The notes: a model not told the origin generated them from the letters alone. A stretch of DNA of 64,000 bases from Lepidodermella squamata (GCA_047495785.1 JBLDXI010000064.1:806001-870000), one strand, 5' to 3'; positions 1 to 13,793 are shown, counted from the stretch's first letter. Made by a program: numbers and translations.

Positions 1-385
1 ACTTGCTCTTGCAAAATATCTGGAAATTAGCCGATTTCTCAATGAAGAAACCTCCAACAGGACAGGCTATGAATAAATTTCGAGTTTTCAATACCATTAT
101 CATGAACATTATTCCAGATAATACGATTTTTACGCCGTTGCTGTTGTTTTATTCCTTGAATTTGATTTCACGTTCATTCACTTTTGAAAAGAGCAGTAAC
201 AATTAAGAAGAACTGAGAAAAGTCGTGAGAAAAGGTAATGTTGCAACGCTCTGATTGAGTTTAAAAATTTCTGTGAACAGAAAATTTGAAAGCAAAAGCT
301 TGTACGCTTCCACGGGAAAATGTCGTTTAACACTTGCAGAAGAATGGACGCAAAAACATTGACGTTACCTTAAACAGCCTCTCAT

Positions 386-660
386 CGACGAATTTTGTGA
401 CATTTGACATGCGATTCCTTGCGAACACTGTGGATAGACTTTCGGCGCGACCAACCAGCCTGGTAGACCAGCTCTTGGGCTTTCCAACGATATCAAGAAA
501 TCGAAAATCCATCCACGGGATCTCGAATGGGAGGGTCGCAAAGATGACCCGTTTGCGGCTGAAAACGGCGCAACTACGACGAATTTAGTGACATTTGACA
601 TGCCATTCCTTACGAACCCGATGGATAGACTTTTTGCGCGACCAACCAGCCTTGTAGACC
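386..660. repeat. Imperfect direct repeat, two ~84-bp copies (386-469 and 577-660)
   Basis: Both copies read cgacgaattt.gtgacatttgacatgc.attcctt.cgaac...tggatagacttt..gcgcgaccaaccagcct.gtagacc. Probably internal to a transposon. Confidence 0.8.
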
Positions 661-1699
661 GGGTCCTTAGCTATCTCACGATACGAATAAATGCAATTGC
701 TACCCATGGTTCTTTGGAGATGCAGTAAATTCGTAGACATTTCGAATAGTTATCCACGAAATTGAATTGCTGCGTTAGGTCGACGTAATGAACTGCAAAC
801 CTTGATTATTTGTCTTTGTTCGATGTAGAACATTTGCAAGTGGTTTAAACTACATCATTTTTTATCAACTTGTGTAGTCGGGGCCTTGTATTCATGCAAC
901 GTGAAAGAAATTCTGATGCAAAGGCAGGAGACTAATTAACCAACGATTTTTCGACAAATTCAACATCAAGTAAAATCAGAATTTTCTCAGAAATAATCAG
1001 TTTCTGAAATATCCAGCCACAGATATTGAGAAATTGTTTCTAAACCTCTCGCTTCAGAGTCCAATCAATCAGCATGTTTCAGGAAAACATGACATCATCC
1101 TCGAAATAAAAAAGATATTCAATGTAACTCGGCTCAAATTTATCGAGGCTCGAAACTCGAAAGTTTCCGCCAGAAAATAACTACGGCAGTGCTATTATGT
1201 ATGCTGTACATTTATGTATTACGCATATTTTATACGCAGACTACAGTATTGTGTAGTACATCTATAGGTAAAATAGTATACGCGTATAATTGTATAGGCG
1301 CATAACAATGCGCGCCCATTTGCCGCATGCTATTCATATAGTGCGCGAGTTCTGAAACACCCTGTAGCTCTTGGATCCGTGAGCTCACCCTGAAAATATG
1401 ACCCAGGCACTTTTCTGACGGGGGTCTGACAGAGCCTCTTCTTAGTGTTCATGGGAATCACGTTGATCAAGTTGGCCACCACGAAACACACTTCTGCGTA
1501 AATAAATATACATACTGCATAATGTACATATATCCTTGCGCTTTTGTAGCACCTTACGAAGAAGAAATTTGACAGCGAAAAAATCTTGATAAGTGAGCAG
1601 AGCGGGCTACAATTTCTGGTTTTGTTGCTGAATTTTTACAGCTGAGGATAGCCTAAAGATTAATTCAAATCAAATAATTTTCACGACTTTGCGGTTGGA

Positions 1700-4680
1700 A
1701 CAGGAATAGATGCTTCACGGGGTTCATAAAACCGGAGCTATTTGCCACAATCATTTCGGAAACTCGAATATGCAAATGAAGCTAAGTGCGAAGAGACGTC
1801 ATCTCGGTACTGGAGTCGAAGCAAGCCAAGAAAGAAAAAGAAAAGGCGGATCATATGGTGGAAAAAATCCTTAACCAGGATCTGTTGGAAATCTCTGGCA
1901 TCCCAGAAACCAACTGGCGAGAAGAGGTGCGAAAACTTATCCCGCAAGAAATCACGAGCTGGATGATAAAAGAAAGAAAAGCGGACGGTACGATCATTAT
2001 CGAATTCGTTCGAGATGCTCGAAGATCAAAGGAGCGCGTTCTATTTGAAGCGAAGTCTTGGAAAACACCCCTGAAGGCGAAGCACCCCGCTACTGGGCAT
2101 ATGAAGGCTGTCCAAGAAGAACTAGCGAGCGAGAAAAAGGCCTATGAAGACCAAGGAATCGAAGGTCTAGAGATTCGCGGCGCTAATCTTATGCAAGGCA
2201 GCGCCTACATCAAGCAATATTGCTCCGAGGCAAATCAACTCGTGTCGAGACACGAACCGTTGGAAGACTACAAACCACCCGCGACGACACGCCCGCCTGA
2301 ACCTCACCCGCCGGGACCACAATGTTGGCGCTGTCAAGGCTACGGCCACATCGGGAAGCAATGTGTGAATAACAACAACAACAACAACGGGTTTTACCAA
2401 CAGCAATACCGCGGGCCGCCTCGAAATCGCGGCGGTTTCAACAACTTCAACAGCAACAACGAATACCGCAACAACCAACACGGCACTTTCAACTTCAACC
2501 GCAACAACAACGGCTACGGCTACGGCGGCCACCCGCAGCAGCACCGGATGCCGTTCTATTACTAGTCACGATATCACCCACTCCCGAAACCGATTCTGCT
2601 CAATAACAAATTTGATGAATTGAACAACATTGATAATATTTTTCCGGATGAGAAGACTGGGAAGGGCGAAGGCAAGTCGAAGAGGAAAAGACGAAAAAAT
2701 CGACGAAAAAGTAAGAGATCAACAATTTTGCGCGAATCAAAAATTACTGAAAATTCATTTGTCCCATTTAAAATTTGTACCCTTAACATTGCCACCTTGA
2801 ATGAAAAGGAAGAAGAAGCCGATTTCGAATTTTGTAAATATGATGCAGTCGCTGTTCAAGAGCATTGCTTTAAAGGACGAGGCAAATTAAATCTAAGGCA
2901 CGGTACTCTGTTTTATAGTGGCGTAAATGATGGTAGAGCCCAGGCTGAGGCAGCTGTTTATGTTCGTCGCTGTAAAAACATCACTATTATTGATGTCAAT
3001 CCCTTAAATAAACGTATTATTTCTGTGAGGCTTAAAGTCAATCGCGAAGTTTACAATATTATTTCTGTGTCTTACAACAAGAGTACGCAAGGATAAGTGC
3101 GAAAAAGGGTTTTACCATAATAATGGGCGATCCGAATGGACGTATTTTTAGCACAGAGAGCTCAAAAACAGTAGGACCTTATGGTGACAAAATTGGCAAC
3201 GATAAAGGCGATTTGTGGATAGAATTTGCGAATAGTAACAATTTATGCTTTATTAATACATACTTTCCAAATACCGGTTACACCTGGCAGAGGGGCAACG
3301 GGGCCAGACGAAAAAGATCATTTCTCGATTATAAGAACTTTAAAGACAAATTTTCATTCTGCGACATTGAAGAAACACCCATTCTTGAATCGGATCATAG
3401 GCTCATCGGCCAGAGGCGTCATCGACTGCCCAAATTTCAATCGAAAGAAAGAAATTATTAAAAAGTCGATCAAGCACCATTTATTGCGAAAAGAAGAATA
3501 CGCTGGAAAATTCAATGAAAATTTAACTGTTAACACTCGAATTTTGTCGAACAAGCCGAAATCTATTGCAGAAAACTGGTCTACTACCAAGTCTAATCTT
3601 CTTGACACCGCTAGGGAAACCTGCGGTGAAAGGAAAGTTGGCACGGTCAGTGAAAAACCCCCGTGGTGGTCCCCATTAGCCAATGAAATCATTCAAAAGG
3701 CAAGGAAAATTTTAAAACTTATACCAAGGGCCGTATTTCAATTCACGCGAAATAGGAACCAGAAAAACCATGCTCTAGAGCGAGTGAAACTCTTGAAAGA
3801 CCAGAACGAATTTGCCGAACTAGATAAACTTCTGGAAAATCCCTTTGACTACGATAACATCAAAAATTTTTGGCATGAAATCAAACGAATCCGAGGCGAA
3901 GGAAGAAGTAAAGGTGAACCAGACCCACTCGAAAAATCGGATGGCTCGCTAACGGACAGTATTGACGAAATCTTGGAAGTGATGAAAAGTTATTTCATGG
4001 AGCTCTTAGAGGGACTAGAGAACCAACCTCATGACCCCGATCCTGAACCCGAACCACCCGATTTAACTAATCTCACCGAAATTACCCAGGCCGAAATTGA
4101 GGGAGCTATTGATCACATGAAAAACGGGAAGGCCCCGGGTATTGACGAAATTAGACCTGAGATGATCAAAGCTTTGTCAGAAACAAATATCAAATGGTTA
4201 GGTGAAATTTTAAATCAAGCCTGGCGGGAAAAGAAGGTCCCCGAGGAATGGTCCACCGCCTTTATCACTCCGATTTATAAAAATAAGGGTGAAAAATCCA
4301 AGTGTCAAAATTATCGAGGCATCAGTATGCTTTCGGTTGTAGGTAAACTTTATGCTGTTATCCTCGAAAGAAAACTAAGGTCTTTGATTGGATCGAAAAT
4401 CTCCAAATTACAATTCGGATTTCAGCCTCTTAAAGGCACCCGTGATTGCATTTTTGTTCTTAGACAAATAATCGAAAAAATAATTCGCAAAGAACTTCAT
4501 CTTGAAACTAGCCTTATTGGCGCGATTAAGAGTCTATATAAAGTAAATAAAGTTGCGGTAAAAGTGGATTCTGAGGTCTCCGATTTTTTCTATGTAACTA
4601 GGGGTCTAAGGCAAGGCTGCCCGCTGTCCCCTCTGCTTTTCATTGCTACTTTTAACAAAATTTGCGAAAAATTAGCCATG
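1700..4680 (+). mobile_element. Degenerate non-LTR retrotransposon (RTE-like ORF2 with a CCHC-knuckle ORF1), 3'-truncated
   Basis: ORF 1786-2565 has CWRCQGYGHIGKQC. Frameshifted APE endonuclease motifs (TLNIATL, VQEH, MGDPNG, SDH) lie at 2770-3410. RT motifs (KAPGIDEI, NYRGISMLS, QFGF, GLRQGCPLSPLLF) run to ~4680. The FIDLEKAYD segment seen in the 52 kb copy is deleted. Confidence 0.9.
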
Positions 4681-4689
4681 AAAGTGGAA

Positions 4690-5030
4690 ATAATTTACTC
4701 TGGAGCATCGAAGCATACGGTTTTTGAACGAGCTGCCCTAATGCAAAGTTTGCCGCATTTTTAAGATGCGATCACGGCAAACTTTCGTAAAAAACTTCAT
4801 AAAAATGTCTCCGTCTCTAATGGACGATCAAAAAGTGTCAGAATCGATGGCAGATTCAGTGTCTTCTTAGTCTTGCAAATCAAGATACCTAAAATTCGAC
4901 TGCTTCTTCACACAGTTCATCGCCTAGTTCCTGAGCCGTACGGAATACGGACCCGAACTAGGAATTTGCGGAAAGGTGTAGGATGGGTTACCCGGCGCTA
5001 CTGTAGCAGCTACGCTGCCAATTAACCTAC
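4690..5030 (-). repeat. Internally deleted, inverted copy of the repeat at 28.4-29.5 kb
   Basis: 4700-4850 matches the reverse complement of ~29330-29500, and 4960-5022 matches the reverse complement of ~28410-28482. It truncates the LINE on one side and the protease 3' end on the other. Confidence 0.75.
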
Positions 5031-5037
5031 GACTAGT

Positions 5038-7504
5038 TTAATTTAGTGGAAAACTTACAGGTCTTCGCTGCCTCAGGACGCAAGAACCAGGCTGGGACCA
5101 GGTTACATTCGACAGGCACGATACGGCAGCATTTCCTCGAAGCTCGAAATTCGGGTTACATGATATGGTTCGAGTGGCCCCGACGCTCGACAGACCAGGA
5201 GATATTGTGCCGTTTTGTATCCTAGGTGGCAATCCACAAACTTAATACGATAATTTGTTAGCAGAATCGACAATGACTGGAAAATGAATCACTTGAAGCT
5301 TCGCAGCTACCAGCCGCAGACCAGATGCCGTTTACTTGGCATTGGCTTGTTCCCTGACCGACGACTTCGAAGCCCGGATTGCAGACCAATGTCATCGTGG
5401 ACAAGTAAGATGTGGATCTCTTGGCGCTCGCTAAATATCCGTTACTTATTTCAGGAGCAGGGCCGCAGTCTTCATAATATTTATGAGTAGGAATCAGTTT
5501 AGATAAGTTGCCGTTACTTACTTATCGGGTCACACCTGCCATTTATCACCGGTCGAAATGGAGGTACGCACGTGGCGATAGAGAAGGAGGACGAATACGA
5601 GTAACCAGGGTTGCATTTCAAACTAACAACCGCTCCTTTTTCCACAGCAGTTTCTGGCCTCAGAACTGCGCCGGTATCTTCCGAGGTTTCCGGGTCCACT
5701 CTGGTCACAAATCCCGCGGATAGGTTGGGCACGGGGCAGGACTGCTCAGGAGTACTCACGGTAGTCCGGCTGCGAACTTCCGTGTTCTCGGAAATCCAGT
5801 CGAGAACCTTGCAGACACTGCTGTAAATGCCAGGAGTGTATCCGTTGCATGACTCGTCGCCATTCGATATTATTCCGAGCAGATAAGTCTTCCTGGATTT
5901 CAAACACATGAGAGGCCCACCAGAATCCCCGAAGCAGACGTCGCTGTCATCGGCGGCGAAACACATCTTCGAATCGGTGATTGTAACCGGATCAAGGCGG
6001 CCACGGGAATACTCCAACGAGCAGTTCCGGTACGACCGAACTTGAAGATCCAGCTTTCTCGGGATCTCAGATAGTCTGGCTAAAATTACAAGAGAGCGAA
6101 TTGAAAACAACTGTTGGGGCCCGAGCCCGATTTCGGCCCGCACGCGGCCCGCACGCAGACGCGTAGCATTGATTTGCCGCTTCGCGCTCGAGCTAGTCAG
6201 CAAAGGTGCCTGCCCGAGCACGGCGGAGAACAATGGGAACCAGTGCTGTTGTTTAGCGCCGTACTCGGGCCGCCGGGCTCGGGCCGGGACTTGGTAAAAT
6301 TTTCGGGGTGGGCGCTGGTTGACCCGATGATGACCCGAGCCCGGCGACCCAAGCCTGACGGCCCGATTCCAGAGGCCCGAGCCCGGCGTCCCGAGTACAG
6401 CGCTGGACAACAGCACTGGTTCTATTGTTCTCCGCCGTGGAAGGCACCTTGGCGCATTGCTGACTGCTGACTGGCCCGAGCGCGGAGTATAGTAAAGTGC
6501 CGTTACCCGACCGCGTACGGGCTGACCCGAAATCGGGCCCGGACCCCAATATAACACTGTAACAATTCTGCAATGTGCCTCCTCAAAAGTGTCTCCTGCG
6601 CACTGTCACTGACAAGCGCCTGTTCACCCCGTACTCGAGACTTTATATTTTCCTGTTGTCATTGATTATTGATTTTGTTTTTGTTTTTGATGTTTCGTTG
6701 TCCTAAATTATTGCTAAAAATGAATGGGAAATTTAAGGACAAATAAAATGATTTTCGTTTCGTAACAGCAGGATGCGGCTGGAATGGTGTTTAATTTATG
6801 AAACATACTGTAAGCAAAGTGACCCCAGCCCACGGCAACCTCTGAATCGCATCCGTCTATCGAATTCGCAGTGGCAGAGTTGGCACGGCACATGGTACTA
6901 GCGTCGGGCAAACAAATCGGTTTGATCTGCTGCGAGAATCTGGGAACTGGGGTCGCCAGTCGCAGCAGAGCAAAATCAAAGTCGTAGAAATTCTGACTGC
7001 CGTTGTATTGCCGATGCACCAATGGAGGCAGCGACACAAGAGATTCATAAGAGCCTGTCTCAGACCTAAAACTGATGTTGTGGCGACCTAGCATCGCTTT
7101 GATCCTAGACACAGATCAGAGATTGGACCATCAAACTGGGCGAGAAGAACGGGAAAATCTTACAAAATCGGAGTCTCGCCGGCATCCCAAACGCAATGAG
7201 CAGCTGTAATCAGCCATTGCCTCGATATGAGAGAAGCTCCGCAGTAAGACGCTGATGTTTCGCCGCTTTTGTAAATTTCCAGAAAGACCTATGGTAACAT
7301 CCTGTTTGTGTTGCATGGCATCAACATTGAATTGAAACAAACCAGCCATGGGTAGTCATTTGGTCCTGCTGGATGGCTGCCAGGGCCATGCGATTTCGCC
7401 ATAGCTGTGGGGTTCACAGAACCACATTCTTGGTTATCTTGAGCAACGACTACTCCGGATAACAGCCAAAGGAAGGCGATTTTAAAAGGTATTAGGAGGC
7501 GCAT
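5038..7504 (-). CDS. Secreted trypsin-like (S1) serine protease with three C-terminal sushi/CCP domains, paralog 1 (multi-exon)
   Basis: Signal peptide MRLLIPFKIAFLWLLSGVVVA. Catalytic motifs are TAAHC (~7200), DFALL (~6975) and DVCFGDSGGP (~5925). CCP-type exons lie at ~5740-5520, ~5468-5292 (CGPAPEISNG...CNPGFEVVG...C..NGIWS) and ~5240-5059 (CGLPPRIQNG...CNPNFELRG...C...TWS). Introns are GT-AG. The short last exon of paralog 2 is replaced by a repeat. Confidence 0.88.
6112..6550. mobile_element. GC-rich foldback MITE inside a protease intron
   Basis: Imperfect terminal inverted repeats (ttggggcccgagcccgatttcgg / ccgaaatcgggcccggaccccaa) and an internal inverted pair (6240-6285 vs 6374-6419). 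The equivalent intron in paralog 2 (~55990-56069) is short and lacks it. Confidence 0.75.
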
Positions 7505-7849
7505 TCAGACAACTTTACAAGAAAAGATGAGAAACAGCTACGAACAAAGGCTTTATAATACTATCTTCGTGTGTGCGTAAACGTGCAGCTTTTTTTCAGT
7601 ATATTTTCGTGTAGAAGTTTTTATGCGTGAATGTAATAGTAATAAGATACATTCTCCGCTTGGCAATACCAAACGGAGAAAAATCTGCGGCTAAGGTCTG
7701 AAGCATGTTGAAATACTTACATCAGCATATCGACCCAGCTCCCTCGATATTTTTCATTTATGAATTCAAATGGATATACTTAAGCTACCTGTCGAAACCA
7801 CAAACCTCACCTCTGCAGTACGACTGTATGAAACTCTTCTTCAGTGTAT

Positions 7850-8260
7850 TGTCATGACAGTGGAAAGCACATCTGCTAGCTCGAAATCCGTAAAATCGAG
7901 CTGGAATCTTCCGGTCGGCGAGCCGCGCCTGACTAGTTTATGTTGCGCACTAAGATGACATGCCACCCTGAATCATAGGCGGCCTTCACGTCTAGGACAG
8001 CAGCAATCATCTTGCTTGGCGCAGAACGGCTCGACGGATCAGTAACAACGGCTGCTACGATCTGCGCCTACGAAAGGCGAACTTGTTGTGAGGTTGTAGA
8101 TACCGGCCTTATGGCTTCGCATCGGTCGCTGGCAACAGTAAGGGCAGAATATCGCGCCGCTTGCTAGAATTATGGGCACGCACCTACGTTCGACCACCTA
8201 CGTCCCCTTGTTCCTTCCTGCCGACATTTCTTCAGAATAGTGAAAACAAGAACTAGTTGA
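7850..8260 (-). mobile_element. Eroded LINE reverse-transcriptase fragment
   Basis: Minus-strand translation gives KFAFRRRRS and IAAVLDVKAAYDSGWH (cf. QFGFR and LDxxxAFDxVWH), with stops and frameshifts. Confidence 0.65.
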
Positions 8261-8403
8261 AAAGTGAGCTGCTCGAATCCGTTGCCCGCCCCTGCCATAC
8301 CTGATAAGCGCACGCAAAAACCTCTGTCCGCTTGACATGATAATATTTCCTCGCATCTGCAACTGCGACTGAAGTGGCTACATTCACAGTTTCTTGTAAA
8401 GCA

Positions 8404-8885
8404 AATGCCGTGCAACAATTCAACGACGGCCAGCGCGATGCCAGGCGGCGGCTGCGGTTGGTGGCGTGCATTGACGAAGCTGGCTTTGACACTCGCAGGC
8501 CGTACTTCGTCGGCTATTTCCACGATTTGAGCACAAAATCAGTCACAGATCGACTGGCATATACTATGACAACAGTAGCCATTTGCTTGCTCGGAGCCAT
8601 CGCCAGCATTGCCAACATCGTCGTTTACTACCGCAGGAATGTCAAGCGAAACTTCTTGGTTCTGAATGCGATCGTAGCCGCGCGCAATGTCATTTGGGCC
8701 ATCAGTCGGTCCTGTGCCATACTGTTCACCCTGCAGACTGGTTACTGGGAGCAAGGGTCAGCTGCTTGTTCTGTGATCTGGTGGATAGGAACTGCCATCT
8801 CGCCGTTCGGTGGCTTCATAAACCTAATCATCAGCGTCAGATGTGCGTCAGTTCGAAGACCCTCTACCAATCCAGCTCACGAAAG
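8404..8885 (+). pseudogene. 7TM-family exon 1 relic (two frameshifts, no adjacent exon 2)
   Basis: Contains RPYFVGYFHDLSTKSVTDRL, ANIVVYYRRNVKRNF and GYW...C. The MPGG start motif and the MCVSSKTLYQSSSRK|GT end are in different frames from the central part. Confidence 0.8.
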
Positions 8886-9860
8886 GTAGGCTGTGGCGGA
8901 TGAACCGATTTCTGATCTTCAGGAGTAGATTTGAGCCTCCGAATAGAGCTTAGAGCTTAGATACTTGGCCATTTCGATCAAAAGTGTCATTTTTATCATA
9001 AAACAAGCAAAAAAACATATATTTTTCGGCCAATTCATGAGGGACGTCAATAGAAACCTGTATTGGCACTAGTTTTAACATTTTAAACCAAACTGAGTGG
9101 ATTTTGCTGGCACCCATCGAGTCAAATGGCTTAAATTCCTGATTGAGTATATACATGAAGCATCCGACCGTGTGATTTGGGCGCTCACCTGTGTTACGTA
9201 ATTTACGCGGCGAGTATGCGGTTTTCGGAATTGGGGAGCCCAGATGGCTATCTAAAACTGTGCCAAACCATTAGCCCGGCAGAATTCGGAAAGTATGAGA
9301 ATTTAAGGTGAGAAGTCGTAGTTTGAGTATACACGTTCCCGGCCTTAGAGGGTTAACTACTTCTTGTAAATAATTTTGGAAACCACATTTGCTTTGGAAA
9401 GATACTTGGTGTTTTATACGATATCACTTGGTCAAGATCTAATTAATCAGTGAATACCCAAATCAAGGTAATGGATTGGGATTTTTGGGTGTTTCAGGAA
9501 CTTTCGGAAGTCCAGTAAAATGAAAAATGAAAATTTTTGGCCACGCTCGTCCAGGCAAAACGTACTTCGACTAGGTTCGGCCAAACAAAATTATATCCGA
9601 TATCCGACCAGGTTTGACTAACTGGTGCCGATGGGGCAGGAAATATAATTTCATTTGATTTTCATTTCTGAAATCTGCTATTATAACCGTATCATGAATC
9701 TAAGCGCAAATTTAGACTTCGATTTCCTAAGCCGGACCTAGTCCGGTGGTCGTTTAGACCGGGTTTGCTCTAAACCGGACGATTTTGCCTGGCGCGCTGC
9801 TAGTCCAGTTTACACGACTTTTACTGTATTTAGATGAGGTAAAAAATAAAGAGCAGAAAA

Positions 9861-9937
9861 TGACGAATTGGCAGGGATTCGAACCCTAGTCTCTAGAGTG
9901 TTACAGGCGAGGATTCTTACCACTTTACTACCAATGC
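9861..9937 (-). pseudogene. tRNA-Gly-like pseudogene or SINE head
   Basis: The minus strand reads GCATTGGTAGTAAAGTGGTAAGAATCCTCGCCTG...GGGTTCGAATCCCTGCCAAT, resembling metazoan tRNA-Gly with A and B boxes. The anticodon arm is disrupted. Confidence 0.6.
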
Positions 9938-11725
9938 TTAGATGAAAACTAATGCTCACATCGCCTAATCTTCCCATTTCTCTGTTGGACTTGTACCTTT
10001 TTTAACTTAAAAATTTTCAGCGCCGAAAAACTAGCATTTTGGCCGATGCACCGCGGCTTGTTTAGGAACGAAATGCTCAATTCCAATCTGAACTGTAACT
10101 AAGATGCAATCTGGGTTATTTAGGATCACTCGACTCTGTCAAATTAACGATAATTGATATCATTTTGATCATCGTGAAGTGTTTTCTGCTCGATCCAATG
10201 CTATGAGATATTAAACTTGATCGAAATTGGGTGGATACCTCGTCTCGATGCTTATTGTAGCCCGAAAAGTTCAGTAACTGAAGAATATAAATATCAATGC
10301 AGTGTGTTATTTCAATTGAAATATAATGCGCTTTGAAAGGCATGAAAATCAAGCACATGATTTACAAGCTTTCATAAAAAAGCGTGAATTAGGGTCTCAA
10401 AAATTCTTGTATTTCATGCCCCCAAGTTAGGCCTCGATTTTTTTCCCCAAATTCATGTCGCGTGCTGAGATTCATGCCTTTGAAAACTGAATTCCTGCCT
10501 TTTTTTCCTGTGTATGCTTCTGCAGCTGGGCTACGCTGGCGTGGGCCCGCGCTACGCCACTGCGAATTTAGGCAAATTTAGGCGCATGCGCCGCCCTCGA
10601 GATGGTTGTCTCCTCGATAGTCAAGTCACTGAATCCAGGGTTTCCGCTATTCAGGATGCGACAACACAAAAACAACGCTATGGACTGTAAAATAATGCGA
10701 AAAATATGAATTATTTTCCCTCTGTGAATCTAATAATATTTCAAGTAAAATTGGCAATTTCTGTAATCGTATAAAAGCCAGCCGTTGAACCATCACGAAC
10801 GATCGAACCCGGTGCTGCAAAAAATGACCAACTGACGGAGTGACCGATTGACCGAACGACGCAATACAAAAAATAATAGCAATACATTTTCGCAGCGTAG
10901 TAAAAAACTTGTTATGATTCATCTACTCGACAGATCCGGACTATAATGTAAATGCATGACAAATACCGTTTGTGATACAAATTAAATTAAATTAAATTAA
11001 AAAACGAGCAACGAAACGAAAAACGCGAATCTATAGATATCTCGCCTATCTCTTTATTATTCTTAAAATGTCTGGTGAATGCTTGGTGGCATTTTACTGT
11101 AGGAAAATGAGAACCAAATAAAAATACAGTTACTTGCTTGCTTGGCAAAAACTAATTTGTTTTGGACAGTTCAACGGATCGATTGGATCTTCAAAGGAGT
11201 CATAATTCAGCTTGTGAATTGCTGTGAACGGCTGTGGAGTGATTTCGAGGCCTCTTTTTCATGGTTTGGCCTCTCTTCTACATCCTAGTTCCAAGGCTCA
11301 AGGCTCTTTAATTTTGAAACCTCACTGTCCACCTAATAATGGAGACGGTTTTACTTTGTCCAAAAACTGGGATTATTGCACTAGGCAATATCACCTTGAA
11401 TATTTAGTGAATGCGTTCAGCAGCAGCAGTGAAAGGTTTTAGTTTTAGTAGTATGCAACCTTTCCCTTCAAATTCACAACGTTCACGTCGCGGAAGAACT
11501 CGCACTTCGGTTTTTTTTCTGATTACAGTACTTTCGTATACAGTTTAGTTGACTGTATTTTTTGTACAGCTCATCTCGACAGTATTGCTTTCTACGGTAT
11601 TACAGCTGTAGAATTTGTACAGTAAATACCGGCCGTACATTAGCATACAGTAATCACACTGTACTGATAAGTACTGCCAAATGCCGTAGTTATTAGTACT
11701 GTCGAATGCACTGTACATAGATGTA

Positions 11726-12851
11726 CAGTGTGTCCGTCAAATAATATGAGGCTATTTATAGTCCAAAAGCAACATCAAGCGTGGCGCGTGCCAGATCTGG
11801 CGTCTCATTTTTTTCATGAGATGCAAAAAATAATACGTCAATGAAATCTAAAGCTTTATTTACTACTGCTAGTTAAAATTTGTATGCATCAGCTAGTGTT
11901 GATGATTAAACTTTCTTCGTCTTAATTCTTTCAGGTGATAGAGAAGGTGATGCTCTGACCATCAGGAATGCTCATATTTTCCTCTTAACGAGCCGCGCCT
12001 TTAAAAAATTATCTTAATTATCAGGTTCATCTCCGTCATCATCATCTTCTCCCTCAGCCGTTTCAGTTTTTTGTTTTGCGAGGGCCATTTTGAATTCGGC
12101 CATGGCCAGTTTTACAAACCGCTTTTTTGGAATCGGGTTTCCCCTTTTTCGCGTACATCGACTTGCCCATCGACTTGGGTCTTCAACAGCCGCGGGACAT
12201 TTTCTAAATTTTTTTCGTAATCTTGCATGTCCAATTTAATAACTGCCGTTGAAGCATAAAATGCAACAAATGCAACAAATGCAATGAAAGCAACTAAAGC
12301 AGTTTCCATTACGACCTGGTAATCTGTTTGAAATAAGTTCCGCGTTTTGAAATAAAGGGGTAATGTCGCTTTCGCCAATTTGTGTAGCATCCGGGGCGCT
12401 ATCGGCTAACCGTTATATACGTGAATTTCACAAAAGTCCGCAAAAATACGTCCAATGGCTGGTACAAGCAGTTTTAACTGAATTGGATCAGAAAATTTGC
12501 TATTAAATCGCAGTTAAATGGTTATATTTTTTCCAGATATCAGGTTGACATTGTCGCGCGTTTGATCTTATTGCATGAATATTCAGGGCAACCCGTTGTC
12601 CCCAAAACTTTAGTAATGTACAAAGCTTGCAGGTGAAAATCCCGAAGCTAATGCTTTCGTTCCGAAGAATGTTCTTTATCTTGATTAAATAATACAAATT
12701 TTGGCGGAGCAATAATTGATATTATTCCAGCAATGAACAACAATAGCTGTACTACCATTCAGTGCTGCGTTTTTTTTGCCTCGTGCACGACTCGTGAACA
12801 GGCGCAATTAAAATGCTATATTTAGGCTCATATTATTTGACGGACACACTG
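11726..12851 (-). mobile_element. Tc1/mariner-superfamily (pogo-like) defective transposon nested in the TIR element
   Basis: Perfect 25-bp TIR CAGTGTGTCCGTCAAATAATATGAG with TA on both sides. A minus-strand relic YQPLDV (~12450) is typical of pogo/Tigger DDE domains. Confidence 0.85.
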
Positions 12852-13340
12852 TACGGCGAATAACTGTATTCATCATGTACAGCTGGGGCTGCTGTACCTC
12901 AATCTACGGCTAATAACAGTAGCGGCGGTACAGTGAAAATCGTGGAATATGTATCAAAGTATGAATGGCTATAATCGATGGGTCATGTCTGATGAACGAG
13001 TTTTAAAAAGCCTTTATACTCGTTTTGACTCATTTCAGAGGCTGGTGTTTGTTACCGGGAAGCCGACCTACTTTACGGCGGCGACAAATGAGCTAGCGAC
13101 AAAATGGACGCATATCATTATTATAGCGTAAAGAAATTTCATGCCCTTGAACGGTGTGGCGACAAATCCGTGCGCAACTTTTGCGTCCGTATACTTTGCG
13201 CCCCGACAATTACGTCCAAAGACATTATAGCCCAAAATTGACGGCGACTTATCCGCCCGCGACAAATTAGTCAAAATTTTGTTAATTAAGGCGACAATTT
13301 AGCTAGCGACACTTCCGTCGGCGACAGAAACGCTTTCTAT

Positions 13341-13400
13341 ACATTACGAACTATATTTATTTACGACATTAATGTCGTAAATAAATATAGTTCGTAATGT
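13341..13400. repeat. Perfect 60-bp palindrome with no spacer
   Basis: acattacgaactatatttatttacgacatt|aatgtcgtaaataaatatagttcgtaatgt. Confidence 0.95.
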
Positions 13401-13445
13401 AATAAAGTTCGTAATAAAGTTCGTAAAGTTCGTAAAATAAAGTAA

Positions 13446-13750
13446 GGGGGCACACAGTAGCTCAGTGGATAGCTGTCTGCTGTGTATTGAGCGTCAAGAT
13501 CGATGGGCACGAGTTCGATCCCCACCCGGGTCGACCGTGGTTTATCAATGACGCTCTACCCCGACGGTGGCCGACCACTCCATCGTGCTACAAAAGTGAA
13601 AAGTGGTAGATTAGGAGTGTCAGCGAGACTGCACTAATCGCTACCGAGCTGTCCTCAAGAGACCCCAACAAGCGACACTAAGAGCGCTCATTCGGGACCC
13701 ATGGCTTCGGCCCATCCATTCAACGAATGGGACGTCTCAATAATAAAAAG
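13446..13750 (+). mobile_element. tRNA-derived SINE
   Basis: Begins GGGGG, with A box TAGCTCAGTGG, B box GAGTTCGATCCC, a ~200-bp body and an A-rich end. It is flanked on both sides by aaagtaa/gtaaagttc simple repeats. Confidence 0.7.
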
Positions 13751-13793
13751 GAATTTTCGAATTTTCGAATTTTAAAGTAAAGTAAAGTTCGTA

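Noticed and set aside
5514-6557. 347-aa ORF as a single protein
   Set aside because: The first ~150 codons read through an intronic MITE; the true exon begins at ~6079.
9861-9937. Functional tRNA genes (also 13446 and 54730)
   Set aside because: The anticodon arms and acceptor stems are disrupted, and two continue into SINE bodies.
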